A DNA stretch of 64,000 nucleotides from an uncultured Clostridium sp. GTDB taxonomy: Bacteria > Bacillota > Clostridia > Oscillospirales > CAG-272. Position 1 is the first letter of the stretch. The number at the start of each line of letters is the position of its first letter. The notes under the pieces were generated by a model. That model saw only the letters and a program-made list of their open reading frames with translations. It ran no database searches and had not been told where the DNA came from. Shown piece by piece: positions 46,135 through 56,980 of the stretch. Position numbers and translations under genes: made by a program. The DNA is taken from contig CAZVUD010000001.1 of the NCBI GenBank assembly GCA_964629615.1, forward strand, positions 89,795 to 153,794, in the 5' to 3' direction.

Positions 46135-48564
46135 TTAGTTTTTCTTAACAGGCTTTATGTGCCAGAACTTTTCAGCATATTCGTTTATACATCTGTCTGC
46201 TGCAAAGAAGCCTGCACTTGCTGTGTTGTTAAGTGCCATCTTCGACCACATGGTCTTATTCTCATATGCCTTTATCATATTGGCATGAGTGCTTCTGTAA
46301 GACTCGAAATCAGCAAGGCACATATAGGGGTCTGCTATACCGTTTCCGGAAATGAGGTATGCCGCGATATCAGCAAATGACTCACCTGCAAATCCTACAT
46401 AAAGATAATTTATTATTCTCTTAAGACGCTCGTTGTTTGCATAGTACTCAACGCTTCTGTATCCGCGCATCCAAAGCTCGTCCACCTCTCTTGCGGTAAG
46501 ACCGAATATGAACATATTGTCATCGCCCACAGCATCCAGCATCTCAATATTTGCACCGTCAAGAGTTCCTATCGTCAAAGCGCCGTTGATCATGAGCTTC
46601 ATGCATCCTGTACCGCTCGCCTCCTTACCTGCGAGAGATATCTGCTGTGATATCTCGGCTGAAGGAATGAGTATCTCGGCTGTGCTTACATCGTAGTTCT
46701 CAAGGAACACTACATTGAGCTTTTCCTTTATTCTCGGATTTCTCTCAATATCCTTGGATATGAGGGATATGAGCTGTATTATTCTCTTTGCCATATCGTA
46801 TCCCGGTGCAGCCTTTGCGCCGAAGATAAAGGTCTGAGGAACGATATCAAGATCGGGATCATCCTTAAGATCAAGGTATATACCTATAATATTAAGCACA
46901 TTGAGAAGCTGACGCTTGTACTCATGAAGTCGCTTGATCTGAACATCGAAAAGCGAATCCGTATCTAATATCTTGCCTGTTTTCTTATAATAGTGCTCGG
47001 CAAATCTGACCTTATTGCCATGCTTTATCTCTGCAAATCTATCAAGCACCTGCTTGTCGTCTGCAAATTTCTTGAATTCAGAGAGCTGAGTGGGGTCGTG
47101 TCTGTATCCTGTGCCTATGCACTCATCAAGCAAGGATGCAAGCTCGGGGTTGGAATAGCACAGCCAGCGACGGTGAGCTATACCGTTAGTTACATTTTCA
47201 AATCTGTCGGGATACATCTTATAGAAGTCCTTGAATACGGAATCCTTGAGTATCTGAGAATGGAGCTTGGAAACACCGTTTACGGAATGTGAACCAATGA
47301 CTGAAAGGTTTGCCATGCGTACATTACCGTAGCCCACAACGCTCATGTTGGATATTCTCTGCCAATTGCCCGGGAAAGCATCCCATGCCTCGCGGCAGAA
47401 TCTCTCGTTTATCTCTTTGATTATTGTATATATTCTCGGGAGCTTGAGTCTGAAAAGGTCCTCATTCCATGTTTCAAGCGCCTCGGGCATTACAGTGTGG
47501 TTGGTATATGAGCATATCTTTACCACCTTATCCCATGCCTTTTCCCAAGGATAGAAATATTCGTCCACAAGTATTCTCATAAGCTCGGGAACGCAGAGCG
47601 CAGGATGTGTATCATTTATGTGGATGGCGATCTTATCCTCAAGATTGTCAAGCGTGCCATACAGCGCCATATGGTCGCGAATTATGCTCTGAACAGAAGC
47701 GGAAACAAGGAAATACTGCTGTGAAAGACGAAGCAGCTTGCCCTCCTGGTGATTATCCGAGGGGTAGAGCACCTTGCAGAGTGCCTCTGCCTTTGTGTTC
47801 TCCTCCATTGCCTTTTGATACTGACCCTGTGTAAAGAGTCCCATGTTAAAGTCCTGTATAACTCTGGACTTCCACAGGCGCAGTCTGCTGACTCCGTCGC
47901 TGTCAGCACCCGATATCATCATATCGTAAGGAACTGCCTCGATCTCCTCTGCTCCCTCATAGGATATCTCATTTCTTCCGTTTACCCACTTTTCGTTCAC
48001 CTTGCCGCCAAAACGAACTATAAAGGAGCGGTCTGTTCTCGGAACGAGCCAAACATCTCCGCCGGGAAGCCATACATCGGGAAGCTCTACCTGCATTCCG
48101 TCAACTATCTTCTGCTTAAAAAGACCGTATTCGTAGCAAAGCGAAAATCCCGTCGCGGGATAGTCAAGTGATGAGAGCGAATCCATAAAGCATGCCGCAA
48201 GTCTGCCAAGACCGCCGTTTCCGAGTCCTGCATCAGGCTCACACTCATAAAGGTCATCAAGCTTAAATCCAAATTCAGTCAGTGCACTCGCATACTCTTC
48301 GTTAAGTCCGAGATTGTGAAGATTGGTCTTGAGCGAACGTCCAAGCAAAAATTCCATGCACATGTAATATATGCGCTTTGCTCCCTGCTTGTTCACTTCC
48401 TTTTTGAATGTGCCTCTTTTTTGGGTAAGTATATCTCTTACCGTCATTGAAACCGCCTTGTACATCTGCTCATCGGTAGCCTCCTGAGGAGTGCATCCGA
48501 AATATCTTGCAAGCTTTACTTCAACGTTTTCCTTGATCTGTGCCGTGTTTAACTTCGTGTTCAT
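46135..48564 (-). CDS. glgP: Glycogen/maltodextrin phosphorylase
   Basis: 809 aa. LGNGGLGRLAACF and the EASGTGCMKLMINGA pyridoxal-phosphate Lys region. Confidence 0.9.
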   Translation of the reverse strand: MNTKLNTAQIKENVEVKLARYFGCTPQEATDEQMYKAVSMTVRDILTQKRGTFKKEVNKQGAKRIYYMCMEFLLGRSLKTNLHNLGLNEEYASALTEFGFKLDDLYECEPDAGLGNGGLGRLAACFMDSLSSLDYPATGFSLCYEYGLFKQKIVDGMQVELPDVWLPGGDVWLVPRTDRSFIVRFGGKVNEKWVNGRNEISYEGAEEIEAVPYDMMISGADSDGVSRLRLWKSRVIQDFNMGLFTQGQYQKAMEENTKAEALCKVLYPSDNHQEGKLLRLSQQYFLVSASVQSIIRDHMALYGTLDNLEDKIAIHINDTHPALCVPELMRILVDEYFYPWEKAWDKVVKICSYTNHTVMPEALETWNEDLFRLKLPRIYTIIKEINERFCREAWDAFPGNWQRISNMSVVGYGNVRMANLSVIGSHSVNGVSKLHSQILKDSVFKDFYKMYPDRFENVTNGIAHRRWLCYSNPELASLLDECIGTGYRHDPTQLSEFKKFADDKQVLDRFAEIKHGNKVRFAEHYYKKTGKILDTDSLFDVQIKRLHEYKRQLLNVLNIIGIYLDLKDDPDLDIVPQTFIFGAKAAPGYDMAKRIIQLISLISKDIERNPRIKEKLNVVFLENYDVSTAEILIPSAEISQQISLAGKEASGTGCMKLMINGALTIGTLDGANIEMLDAVGDDNMFIFGLTAREVDELWMRGYRSVEYYANNERLKRIINYLYVGFAGESFADIAAYLISGNGIADPYMCLADFESYRSTHANMIKAYENKTMWSKMALNNTASAGFFAADRCINEYAEKFWHIKPVKKN

Positions 48565-48649
48565 TAATGTACCCTTTCTGTGACAGACCGCTGTCCGTCG
48601 AGTTAAAAAATATAATAAGCCGCTCTTTAAGAGTCGTTATTTTTCTTTA

Positions 48650-50095
48650 TCAGCAAAGAGATGCGTACATAGCCATGTAAGCATCTGCCGATGCTGCCCA
48701 TGAGAAATCCGTGCCCATGATCTTGCTTACAAATCTCTTGCGCAAAGGAAGATCCTGCCAGAGTGCGACAGCCGCCCTTGTTCTCTCAAGCAGCTCATCG
48801 GATGAATAATTTGCAAATGTAAATCCGTTTCCGCATATCTCATCGCCGTTCATCCAATAAGGCTTTATGGAATCATAAAGACCGCCTGTTTCCCTGACTA
48901 CGGGGATCGCGCCGTATCTTGAAGCGATCATCTGCGACAGTCCGCACGGCTCGCTCTTTGACGGCATGAGGAATATGTCACATGCCGCATATATCTTCTT
49001 GGAAAGATCGCGGTCATACAGAAGCAGTGCCTTTACCTTGTCGGGGAAATTCTTCTCAAGCTCACTAAAGAAGCTCTCGTATCTCGCCTCGCCCTTTCCG
49101 AGCACTACGAGCTGAATGTCATTGCTTGAAACCAGCTCATACGCCATAGAGGAAAGTATATCAAGTCCCTTATGGGATGCAAGCCTTGATATTACGCAGA
49201 GCATGGGAACATCATCTCTAACGGGAAGTCCGCATTGCTCCTGCAGATACGCCTTGTTCTGTGCCTTTGCCTTTACAAATCCGCGTCTGTCATAATTCTT
49301 TTCGATAACAGTATCCCTTGCAGGATCGTAATACTTATAGTCTATACCGTTCAGTATTCCCGTTACCTTGCCCTCATTTCTCTTAAGCACATGGTAAAGA
49401 CCGTGAGAATATTCCTCCGTCATGATCTCCTGCGCATAGCGCGGGCTTACCGTGCTTACTATATGCGCACACTCAATTGCCGCCTTCGTAAGGTTTACGC
49501 AATCATCATATCGCATGAGCGCGTAATGCTCAGGTCCGAGATCGAATATATCGGTGAGCGTATCAAAGCCGTACTTGCCCTGATACTCTATATTGTGTAT
49601 CGTATACACGCTCTTTATGTCTTCATATCCGGGTCTGTATTTATACTTTGTGTTGAGATATACGACTGTAAGCGCGCTTGACCAATCGTTTGCGTGCAGG
49701 ATATCGGGATGGAAATCCAATTTATCCATAAGCTCCATTACAGCCTTTGAGAAAAATGCATATCTCTCGCCGTCATCATAAAATCCGTAAAGCGACTCGC
49801 GCTTGAAATAATATTCGTTGTCTATGAAATAATAGGTAACGTTATCCTTTACAAGGCTCTTTATGCCGCAATAGAGATTACGCCATGAAAGTGATACGGT
49901 AAATACCGCCTCATCCTTCATCATGCTCCTCCACTCGTCCTTTATCGCAGAATAGAGAGGGAGCACCACTCTGACATCTACATTGCTCTTTTGCTGTGCT
50001 TTTATTGCCGCAGGAAGAGATCCGAGCACATCTCCAAGACCGCCCGTAGCGGCAAAAGGCATTACCTCTGCTCCTACAAATAGTATCTTTTTCAT
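48650..50095 (-). CDS. glgA: Glycogen synthase (ADP-glucose type)
   Basis: MKKILFVGAEVMPFAATGGLGDV (KxGGL-type motif), 481 aa. Confidence 0.9.
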   Translation of the reverse strand: MKKILFVGAEVMPFAATGGLGDVLGSLPAAIKAQQKSNVDVRVVLPLYSAIKDEWRSMMKDEAVFTVSLSWRNLYCGIKSLVKDNVTYYFIDNEYYFKRESLYGFYDDGERYAFFSKAVMELMDKLDFHPDILHANDWSSALTVVYLNTKYKYRPGYEDIKSVYTIHNIEYQGKYGFDTLTDIFDLGPEHYALMRYDDCVNLTKAAIECAHIVSTVSPRYAQEIMTEEYSHGLYHVLKRNEGKVTGILNGIDYKYYDPARDTVIEKNYDRRGFVKAKAQNKAYLQEQCGLPVRDDVPMLCVISRLASHKGLDILSSMAYELVSSNDIQLVVLGKGEARYESFFSELEKNFPDKVKALLLYDRDLSKKIYAACDIFLMPSKSEPCGLSQMIASRYGAIPVVRETGGLYDSIKPYWMNGDEICGNGFTFANYSSDELLERTRAAVALWQDLPLRKRFVSKIMGTDFSWAASADAYMAMYASLC

Positions 50096-50195
50096 TGATC
50101 CTCTGCCTTTCCGTATTATTTTATATCAGTCGAAAAAAGTCGTATAACTCTTATCGGCATCATATCCGATAAGAGTTATCGATATTATATCGGCA

Positions 50196-51329
50196 TCAAA
50201 CCGACATGTTCTTGCCTATGTAGAACGGCATGCTCTCGTGTCCCGAGAGGTTTCTTCCGTCCTTGATCATAACATTCTTGTCGGTTATAACGCAATTCAG
50301 CGATGCGTCAGGGCAAACGTATGTATCCTGGAAGAGTATGGAGTTCTTTACGACTGCTCCGCGCGATACCTTTACGCCTCTGAATATTATGGAATTTTCC
50401 ACAGTTCCCTCAATTACACATCCGTCGGCAACCACGGAATTTACTACCTTAGCGCCTTCACAGTATCTTGTGGGGGCTGAATTACGCACCTTTGTAAGTA
50501 TGGGATGATTCTTTATGCCAAAGAGTCCTTCTCTTGCCTCGCTCGTGAGAAGCTTCATGGAGCAGGCAAAATATTCCTCCATGGATCCGATATGTGAATA
50601 CCAGCCGTTATATTCATACACACGGTAATCCGAATTTTCAATGTTCTTGAGTATTATATCGTGGAGGAAGCTCGTATATCCGTGAGCCAATGAGGTCTCT
50701 ATTATTCCCATGAGATATGTTCTCTTCATGACCATGATGTTTGCATAAACATGTGTCATGCCGTCGAACGTCTTTCTTTCGGTAAAGTCACGCACTCTGC
50801 CTTCTTCATCCGTGTCAATTACGGACAATTTTTCACTTGACGTGTATCCCGTAAGATCCATGGTCTTTGTAACGAAGGTTATCTCCGCGTCGCTCTTTAT
50901 ATGTGCCTTCAATACATCCTGAAGATCTATATTGCATATAACATCGCAATCGGACATAACGACATAGTCCTCATCACAGCGGGAAATAAAGTTTGCCGCA
51001 CCGATAATGGACTCCAGACGCGACGTATTGACTCTGCCCATAGATGTGCTGTCAAATGACGTGATATAAGGCGGAAGTATCTTGATACCGCCAGAGCGTC
51101 TTGCAAGATCCCAGTCCTTGCCTGTTTCTATATGGTCAAGCAATGACTGATAGTTATTGTGTGTAACGATGCCTATCTTGGTTATCTCGGAATTTACCAT
51201 ATTGGAGAGCATAAAATCTATGAGTCTGTATCTGCCGCCGAAAGGAATACTTGCCGTAGTCCTCATTCTCGTAAGCTCGGGAATGCTGTTATCATGTATA
51301 TTTGTAAATATAAGACCTACTGCTGTCAT
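50196..51329 (-). CDS. glgD: Glucose-1-phosphate adenylyltransferase, GlgD subunit
   Basis: 377 aa, paralogous to GlgC but lacking the GGxGxRL loop (start reads GLIFTNIHDNSIPELT). It has left-handed beta-helix C-terminal repeats and sits after glgC. Confidence 0.8.
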   Translation of the reverse strand: MTAVGLIFTNIHDNSIPELTRMRTTASIPFGGRYRLIDFMLSNMVNSEITKIGIVTHNNYQSLLDHIETGKDWDLARRSGGIKILPPYITSFDSTSMGRVNTSRLESIIGAANFISRCDEDYVVMSDCDVICNIDLQDVLKAHIKSDAEITFVTKTMDLTGYTSSEKLSVIDTDEEGRVRDFTERKTFDGMTHVYANIMVMKRTYLMGIIETSLAHGYTSFLHDIILKNIENSDYRVYEYNGWYSHIGSMEEYFACSMKLLTSEAREGLFGIKNHPILTKVRNSAPTRYCEGAKVVNSVVADGCVIEGTVENSIIFRGVKVSRGAVVKNSILFQDTYVCPDASLNCVITDKNVMIKDGRNLSGHESMPFYIGKNMSV

Positions 51330-51349
51330 TTTTACATACCCTCCTCAAA

Positions 51350-52534
51350 TCATCTTTCAGAGATCATAGCGCCCGCCTCAACGACCGCGCCGCTATCTAT
51401 CTTAACGTCCTCGCCGATAACGGATATCTCGACGCCGTCCGCTTTAGCCTTGCCGACATGTGCACCCTCGCCGATGTACACGCCCGTATCTATGATCGAA
51501 TACTCGACCTGCGCTCCGCGCTCTATTACGGTATCACCCATAAGCACGCTGTCGCAAACGCTTGCGCCCTCAGCGATCTTTACGCCTGCACCGATAACGC
51601 AGTTTTTAACCGAGCCGTATATCTCACAGCCCTCTGTGATATAGCTGTTTTCCACATTCGCATGTGCGCCGACAAACTGCGGTCCTTCTGCGGAATGTCT
51701 TGAATATATCCTCCACTTTTTGTCGCCGAGATCAAGCACGGGAGATGAACCGAGAAGATCCATGTTAGCCTCCCAGAGTGAAGAAATGGTTCCGACGTCC
51801 TTCCAGTATCCCTCAAAGGAATATGCATACATGCTCTCACCTGCCGCAAGCATATTGGGGATGATGTTCTTGCCGAAGTCGTTTGAGGATGAAGGATCTT
51901 CATTGTCCTCGGCAAGATATGCCTCAAGCTTCTTTGTATCGAATATGTATATACCCATAGACGCCTTTGTGCTGTCGGGATGCTTGGGCTTTTCGGAGAA
52001 CTTGTATATAGAACCGTCGGGATTAGTGCTCATTATACCGAATCTTGACGCTTCCTCGATCGGAACGTCTATTACCGCGATGGTGCAGGCTGCACCCACG
52101 GATTTATGGTAATCAAGCATCTTGGAGTAGTCCATCTTGTAGATATGGTCACCCGAGAGTATGAGCACATGATCGGGATCGTATCTCTTGATAAATTCAA
52201 GGTTCTGATAGATGGCATTTGCAGTTCCCTTATACCAATCGGCTGATTTCTGTCCTTGATAGGGAGGAAGGATGTTTACACCTCCGTACACTCTGTCAAG
52301 GTCCCACGGCTGACCGTTGCCTATGTACTCGTTTAAAACGAGAGGCTGATACTGCGTGAGGACACCTACCGTGTCTATTCCTGAATTGATGCAATTGGAA
52401 AGCGGGAAATCAATGATCCTGTACTTTCCGCCAAAGGGTACTGCCGGTTTTGCTGTCTTTTTAGTGAGTGCGTAGAGTCTTGAGCCTTGTCCGCCTGCAA
52501 GAAGCATGCCGACACATTCTTTTTTCTTAAACAT
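51350..52534 (-). CDS. glgC: Glucose-1-phosphate adenylyltransferase
   Basis: [39 protein letters not shown]. Confidence 0.9.
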   Translation of the reverse strand: MFKKKECVGMLLAGGQGSRLYALTKKTAKPAVPFGGKYRIIDFPLSNCINSGIDTVGVLTQYQPLVLNEYIGNGQPWDLDRVYGGVNILPPYQGQKSADWYKGTANAIYQNLEFIKRYDPDHVLILSGDHIYKMDYSKMLDYHKSVGAACTIAVIDVPIEEASRFGIMSTNPDGSIYKFSEKPKHPDSTKASMGIYIFDTKKLEAYLAEDNEDPSSSNDFGKNIIPNMLAAGESMYAYSFEGYWKDVGTISSLWEANMDLLGSSPVLDLGDKKWRIYSRHSAEGPQFVGAHANVENSYITEGCEIYGSVKNCVIGAGVKIAEGASVCDSVLMGDTVIERGAQVEYSIIDTGVYIGEGAHVGKAKADGVEISVIGEDVKIDSGAVVEAGAMISER

Positions 52535-52607
52535 TGAAACCTCTCCTTCAAAGATATATGTTGTATTGTTTTATTTTATAAGCCCGCATAGGGCATGATC
52601 TTCGTAT

Positions 52608-54407
52608 CTATCGCATGTCTGTCCGTCCGACTATCATCACAGCCATGGGCGGAAGTCTGAGCCTTATATAAGGTCCGTCGCCATTCGCATCATGCGCGAC
52701 AAGTCGCGCGTTTTTGTTCACCACTCCACTGCCCCCGTACTTTACATCATCGGAATTGAACAGCTCTGTGTATGTTCCGACACAGTCGACATACATGCGG
52801 TGGTCTTCTATGGGTGTATTTGAAAAGTTTGCCGTCACATAAAGCCTTTCAGCATCTCCGTGCACAAATGTCAAAGAACGCACATTTTGATGATCGCCCT
52901 CGACCGTCCAGCCCTTGCAGGACACAAAATGTCCTCCGAGCGATGTATGTGCAAGAAAGAAATTATTTATATCCGAGCAATAGAGCTGAAATCTTGCATT
53001 CATGTCGTTGTCAAGCACCGACCAATCGACCGCATCCGAATGGGTGCAGGTCGCATTTTCCGTACAGCATATCTCATCTCCCATAAGAGTATGCTTGCCG
53101 CACGGCAGAGCCATGACCGATCCTATCAGCATGCGCTTGAGCGCATATCTGTTCCACTCATCAAGCGAAAACTCATGCAAGCGGCAGGTGATATCATGCA
53201 CTGAAAGCAAGCGCTGTATCTTGCCCTGCCCTGCAATATCATTTACCACAGAATCAAAGCAATCATCAGATGTGCCCTGCTTCTTGCACATATCTATGCA
53301 CTCAAAAGCGTCCTCGATCATACGCGCGTCGTAATACATATCAAATATATCGCACACATTGCCATTGCAAAGCGTCCTGTCATACATACCGTCGGATATC
53401 AGCAAAGCATCTGGATGATCTCTGCGCATAGCGTGCGAAAGCTCGCAAAGGAGGTCGGATGCGGCGTTGCCATCCTTGCCGGAAAGCATATCCGACACAT
53501 CATCTATCACAAATCCGTCAGCATGGAACACATCCGCAAAAAACATAGCGTTTGATATCAAATATTCCCTGACCTCGCGTTTTGCAAGATCGAACATGGC
53601 ATATTCTTCGCATCCATCGCCATCGCGCTCGTACATATATCCGCCGTCAAACATGCAAAGTCCGTATTCGTCCTTTGGGAAGCAGAACATATTAAGGCGA
53701 AGCATAACGCCTATGCCTGCACTGTGAAATATATCCGTCAGCTTTAAGAGCTCGGCACTGCCGCCGTATCTTTCGCACGGAGCGTAGAAGGCAGGCACTG
53801 CTTGCCTGTTTGATGACTCAAAGAAGCCATCCGAGAGAGGCGAGAGCAACACATGCGTGTAGCCCATCTGCTTAAGATATGGTGAAAGCTCTGAAGCAAG
53901 CCTTGAGAATGTATAAGTCGACATATCGTCGTGCGAATTTAGCGCGCCTGCAGGTATCTCATATATATTTAAGCCAAGGGATACTCTCCGCTCACGTGCA
54001 TCAAATATGCGTCTCTGCATCCATCCGCGGTCGTGCCACTCATATCGGATATCATCTGGTACAACAGATGCACCAAGTCCGCACAGCTCACGCGCTTGCG
54101 CGTAAGGGTCGGCTTTAAATACCTCCGACGCGCCGCTCTGTATTCTGTATTTATATCTCGATCCGACGGGAATGCTGTCGGCACATATCTCTATCTCATA
54201 TATTCCGTCAGGGGATATCCGCTTCATCTCGCGCGGATCCGACCAATTATCAAAATCTCCCGTAAGGCAGACGCGACAAGCATTCGGTGCAGCCACTCTG
54301 AAGACATAAGACTCGCCGATCCTGTGGCATCCCATATATTCATACGCACGGCAGGGGTCGCATGTACTGAAGCTGCAATGCTCATTCGGCATTTTTTTAC
54401 TTTTCAA
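52608..54407 (-). CDS. 1,4-alpha-glucan branching enzyme-like protein with substituted GH13 catalytic motifs
   Basis: 599 aa with a TTG start after AGGAGG. It has CBM48-like and GH13 layout and is colinear with GlgB. However, region I reads GVMLRLNMFCF (expected DWVPGHF), region II reads DGFVIDDV (expected DGxRVDAV), and region III reads LISDGM (expected IAEES). Region IV HD is retained. Confidence 0.65.
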   Translation of the reverse strand: MKSKKMPNEHCSFSTCDPCRAYEYMGCHRIGESYVFRVAAPNACRVCLTGDFDNWSDPREMKRISPDGIYEIEICADSIPVGSRYKYRIQSGASEVFKADPYAQARELCGLGASVVPDDIRYEWHDRGWMQRRIFDARERRVSLGLNIYEIPAGALNSHDDMSTYTFSRLASELSPYLKQMGYTHVLLSPLSDGFFESSNRQAVPAFYAPCERYGGSAELLKLTDIFHSAGIGVMLRLNMFCFPKDEYGLCMFDGGYMYERDGDGCEEYAMFDLAKREVREYLISNAMFFADVFHADGFVIDDVSDMLSGKDGNAASDLLCELSHAMRRDHPDALLISDGMYDRTLCNGNVCDIFDMYYDARMIEDAFECIDMCKKQGTSDDCFDSVVNDIAGQGKIQRLLSVHDITCRLHEFSLDEWNRYALKRMLIGSVMALPCGKHTLMGDEICCTENATCTHSDAVDWSVLDNDMNARFQLYCSDINNFFLAHTSLGGHFVSCKGWTVEGDHQNVRSLTFVHGDAERLYVTANFSNTPIEDHRMYVDCVGTYTELFNSDDVKYGGSGVVNKNARLVAHDANGDGPYIRLRLPPMAVMIVGRTDMR

Positions 54408-54456
54408 AGGAACCTCCTGCTTTTGCGTATATTTTTCGGTAATTTATCCACTTATT

Positions 54457-54485
54457 ATTATATCATAGCAAAGCGATTATGTCAA
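54457..54485 (-). promoter_or_regulatory. Sigma-A promoter of the glycogen operon
   Basis: The minus strand reads TTGACA-17 nt-TATAAT. Confidence 0.65.
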
Positions 54486-54668
54486 CATTAACAATTACCA
54501 AAAATTTTCTTCAAATATAGTGATTTTGCCGATTTTGCCTTATTTTTGTGTCGAATATTGCTCATATTTAAACCAAAATCAGTTGGGTGGTCAGGACAGA
54601 CCGAAAGTACAGAATAAAAACACGGAAAAATTTTATTTTTACGGCAATAAAAAAGCAGATGCAAAAGG

Positions 54669-54697
54669 TTGACAATATTTTTTGCGTGTGATATAAT
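54669..54697 (+). promoter_or_regulatory. Sigma-A promoter of holB operon
   Basis: TTGACA-17 nt-TATAAT. Confidence 0.65.
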
Positions 54698-54739
54698 AAA
54701 ACAATAAGCGGTCAAAAAAACGCACGGAGGCTTTATGTT

Positions 54740-55759
54740 ATGTCAAATTATTTTCGCAATATAGTCGGCAATGTCAATGTGACAGAGCGGCTCTCACATG
54801 ACATAGACGGCGCCTGCGTTCCGCACGCATTCATTCTTGAAGGAGCCGCGGGAAGCGGAAGGCACACCATCGCCACCACCCTTGCAGCCGCACTCTCATG
54901 CAAAAGCAAAGCAGATACACCATGCATGAAATGCTCCTCATGCCTCAAGATATTCGGAAACAGATCCCCCGATATCATAAGAATAGGTCTTCAGGGAGAG
55001 CGCGCGACCGTTGGTGTTGATGCGATAAGATCGGTCAAGAGCAGTATATCGATAGCTCCGAACGATATCGACATCAAAATGTATATCATTGAAGATGCCG
55101 AAAAAATGACGGTACAGGCGCAAAATGCTTTTCTGCTCTCACTTGAGGAGCCGCCGCAGTATGTCATATTTGCACTGATATGCGAAAACAGCTCTGCCCT
55201 GCTTGAAACAGTAAAGAGCCGCGCTCCCATATTCCGCACAGAGGTCATAGACAAAGAGCGCATAAGTCATTTTCTTACCGAAAACGACAAGCGTGCCGCT
55301 CAGCTCTGCGGATCATCAAAAGAAGAATTCGACGAGATCATATCTGCCTCAGGCGGCAGTATAGGCAAGGCTATTTCCCTTCTTGACGCAAAGGAAAGAA
55401 AGAAGGCTCTTGACGAAAGGCAGACCGCAAAGAGATTTATCGAGCTTTCTCTTGAGCGTTCCCACGCAAAGGTGTTTGATATGATATCATCGCTCGGCAC
55501 TAAGCGTCCCGACATAATCTCAAGGCTGGAGCTTGTAAAGCTCGCCATCAGGGATCTTGTGCTTCTGAAGCGGAGCGAGCACACTGAAATGTGCTTTTAC
55601 TCAGACAGTGAGTATGCCGCAGAGCTGTCAGCAAGATTCACCTTGGAAAAGCTGCTCAGCATGGACAGTGCCGTAGACGGCGCGATAGATGCGCTGACAA
55701 AAAATTCAAATATAAAATTAACGCTCATGTGCATGGTATACGAGCAGGGCTCGCTTTAA
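54740..55759 (+). CDS. holB: DNA polymerase III delta' subunit
   Basis: HAFILEGAAGSGRHT, a Cys cluster (CKSKADTPCMKCSSC) and SRAPIF (sensor). Confidence 0.8.
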   Translation: MSNYFRNIVGNVNVTERLSHDIDGACVPHAFILEGAAGSGRHTIATTLAAALSCKSKADTPCMKCSSCLKIFGNRSPDIIRIGLQGERATVGVDAIRSVKSSISIAPNDIDIKMYIIEDAEKMTVQAQNAFLLSLEEPPQYVIFALICENSSALLETVKSRAPIFRTEVIDKERISHFLTENDKRAAQLCGSSKEEFDEIISASGGSIGKAISLLDAKERKKALDERQTAKRFIELSLERSHAKVFDMISSLGTKRPDIISRLELVKLAIRDLVLLKRSEHTEMCFYSDSEYAAELSARFTLEKLLSMDSAVDGAIDALTKNSNIKLTLMCMVYEQGSL

Positions 55760-55783
55760 GCACATGTACGAAAGGTAGATATC

Positions 55784-56839
55784 ATGAACGATACAAACGA
55801 TACAAAGCAATCAAACGGTGCAAAAAAGCACCACTACAAAAAGCATCGCCGCGACAAAAAGCCAAGCCGTGAAGTCGAAGCCGCAAAGCCGTGTGAGAAC
55901 AGTGCTGACATCGACATTGCCGCGGCAGATGCAGAATGCGAATGTGAATGCAACAGCGTAAGCGTGCAGATATGCATTGAGGACGAAAACACAAAATACG
56001 CTGACGTTGCAGGCATACGCTTCAAGCCAAACGGCAAGGTGTACTACTTTGACAGAGGTGAATTGTCCCTCAAGTGCGGCGAATTCGTTATAGTTGACAC
56101 CGCCAGAGGTCAGGAATACGGCGAGGTCGTGTTCTCAAACAAGAGCGTTCCCGAAAGCACGCTCGTGCTTCCCTTGCGCGCGGTCGTAAGAGCGGCATCC
56201 GAGGAGGACAGGCTCCACCACGAGGAAAACAAGAAAAAAGAACGTGAGGCATTTGATATTTGCCTTGAAAAGATTGAAAAGCATGAGCTTGACATGAAGC
56301 TTGTGGATGTGCAGTACACATTTGATAATTCAAAGCTCCTTTTCTATTTCACATCGGCAGGCAGAGTGGATTTCCGTGAGCTGGTAAAGGATCTTGCATC
56401 AGTATTCAAAACAAGGATCGAGCTTCGCCAGATAGGTATACGTGACGAGGCAAAGCTTCTCGGCGGACTCGGAGCATGCGGCAGACCTCTTTGCTGTACG
56501 ACATTTTTGTCCGATTTCACACAGGTATCCATAAAAATGGCTAAGGAGCAGAGCCTCTCGCTCAACACAGGCAAGATCTCGGGCTGCTGTGGCAGACTCA
56601 TGTGCTGTCTTGCATATGAATATTCCACATACGCCGAGGAAAGCGCAAAAACCCCCCCTGTTGACTCCGTGGTAAAGACTCCCGACGGCATCGGCACTGT
56701 CACCGAGATATCCCCCCTTGCAGGCAATGTAAAGGTGAGATTGCGCGACAATCCCGATGTTTTGCCGAAGGTATACAAGCGCGATGACGTAAAGCTGATA
56801 TCCCGTCCTTCGCAAAACAGCGACGACAAAAACGCGTGA
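55784..56839 (+). CDS. yaaT: PSP1 domain protein (YaaT/RicT-like)
   Basis: KPNGKVYYFD...VIVDTARGQEYGEVV and the Cys cluster GACGRPLCCTTFL...CCGRLMCCLAYE. It has a ~70-aa charged N-terminal extension and holB-yaaT synteny. Confidence 0.8.
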   Translation: MNDTNDTKQSNGAKKHHYKKHRRDKKPSREVEAAKPCENSADIDIAAADAECECECNSVSVQICIEDENTKYADVAGIRFKPNGKVYYFDRGELSLKCGEFVIVDTARGQEYGEVVFSNKSVPESTLVLPLRAVVRAASEEDRLHHEENKKKEREAFDICLEKIEKHELDMKLVDVQYTFDNSKLLFYFTSAGRVDFRELVKDLASVFKTRIELRQIGIRDEAKLLGGLGACGRPLCCTTFLSDFTQVSIKMAKEQSLSLNTGKISGCCGRLMCCLAYEYSTYAEESAKTPPVDSVVKTPDGIGTVTEISPLAGNVKVRLRDNPDVLPKVYKRDDVKLISRPSQNSDDKNA

Positions 56840-56980
56840 TCTGACGGTCAAGTGATCATATACATCACAGACAAAAAGAAAAAATATCAAATTTTCAGCA
56901 AAAATTTTTAAAAAGTGTTGAAAATTATGCAAATTTATGATACAATGTAATTGCAATAAAAAATACGGAGGTATTACATC

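Noticed and set aside
56399-56956. A 185-aa minus-strand ORF and a neighbouring 161-aa ORF.
   Set aside because: Both are antisense to the PSP1/YaaT gene, which has strong family motifs.
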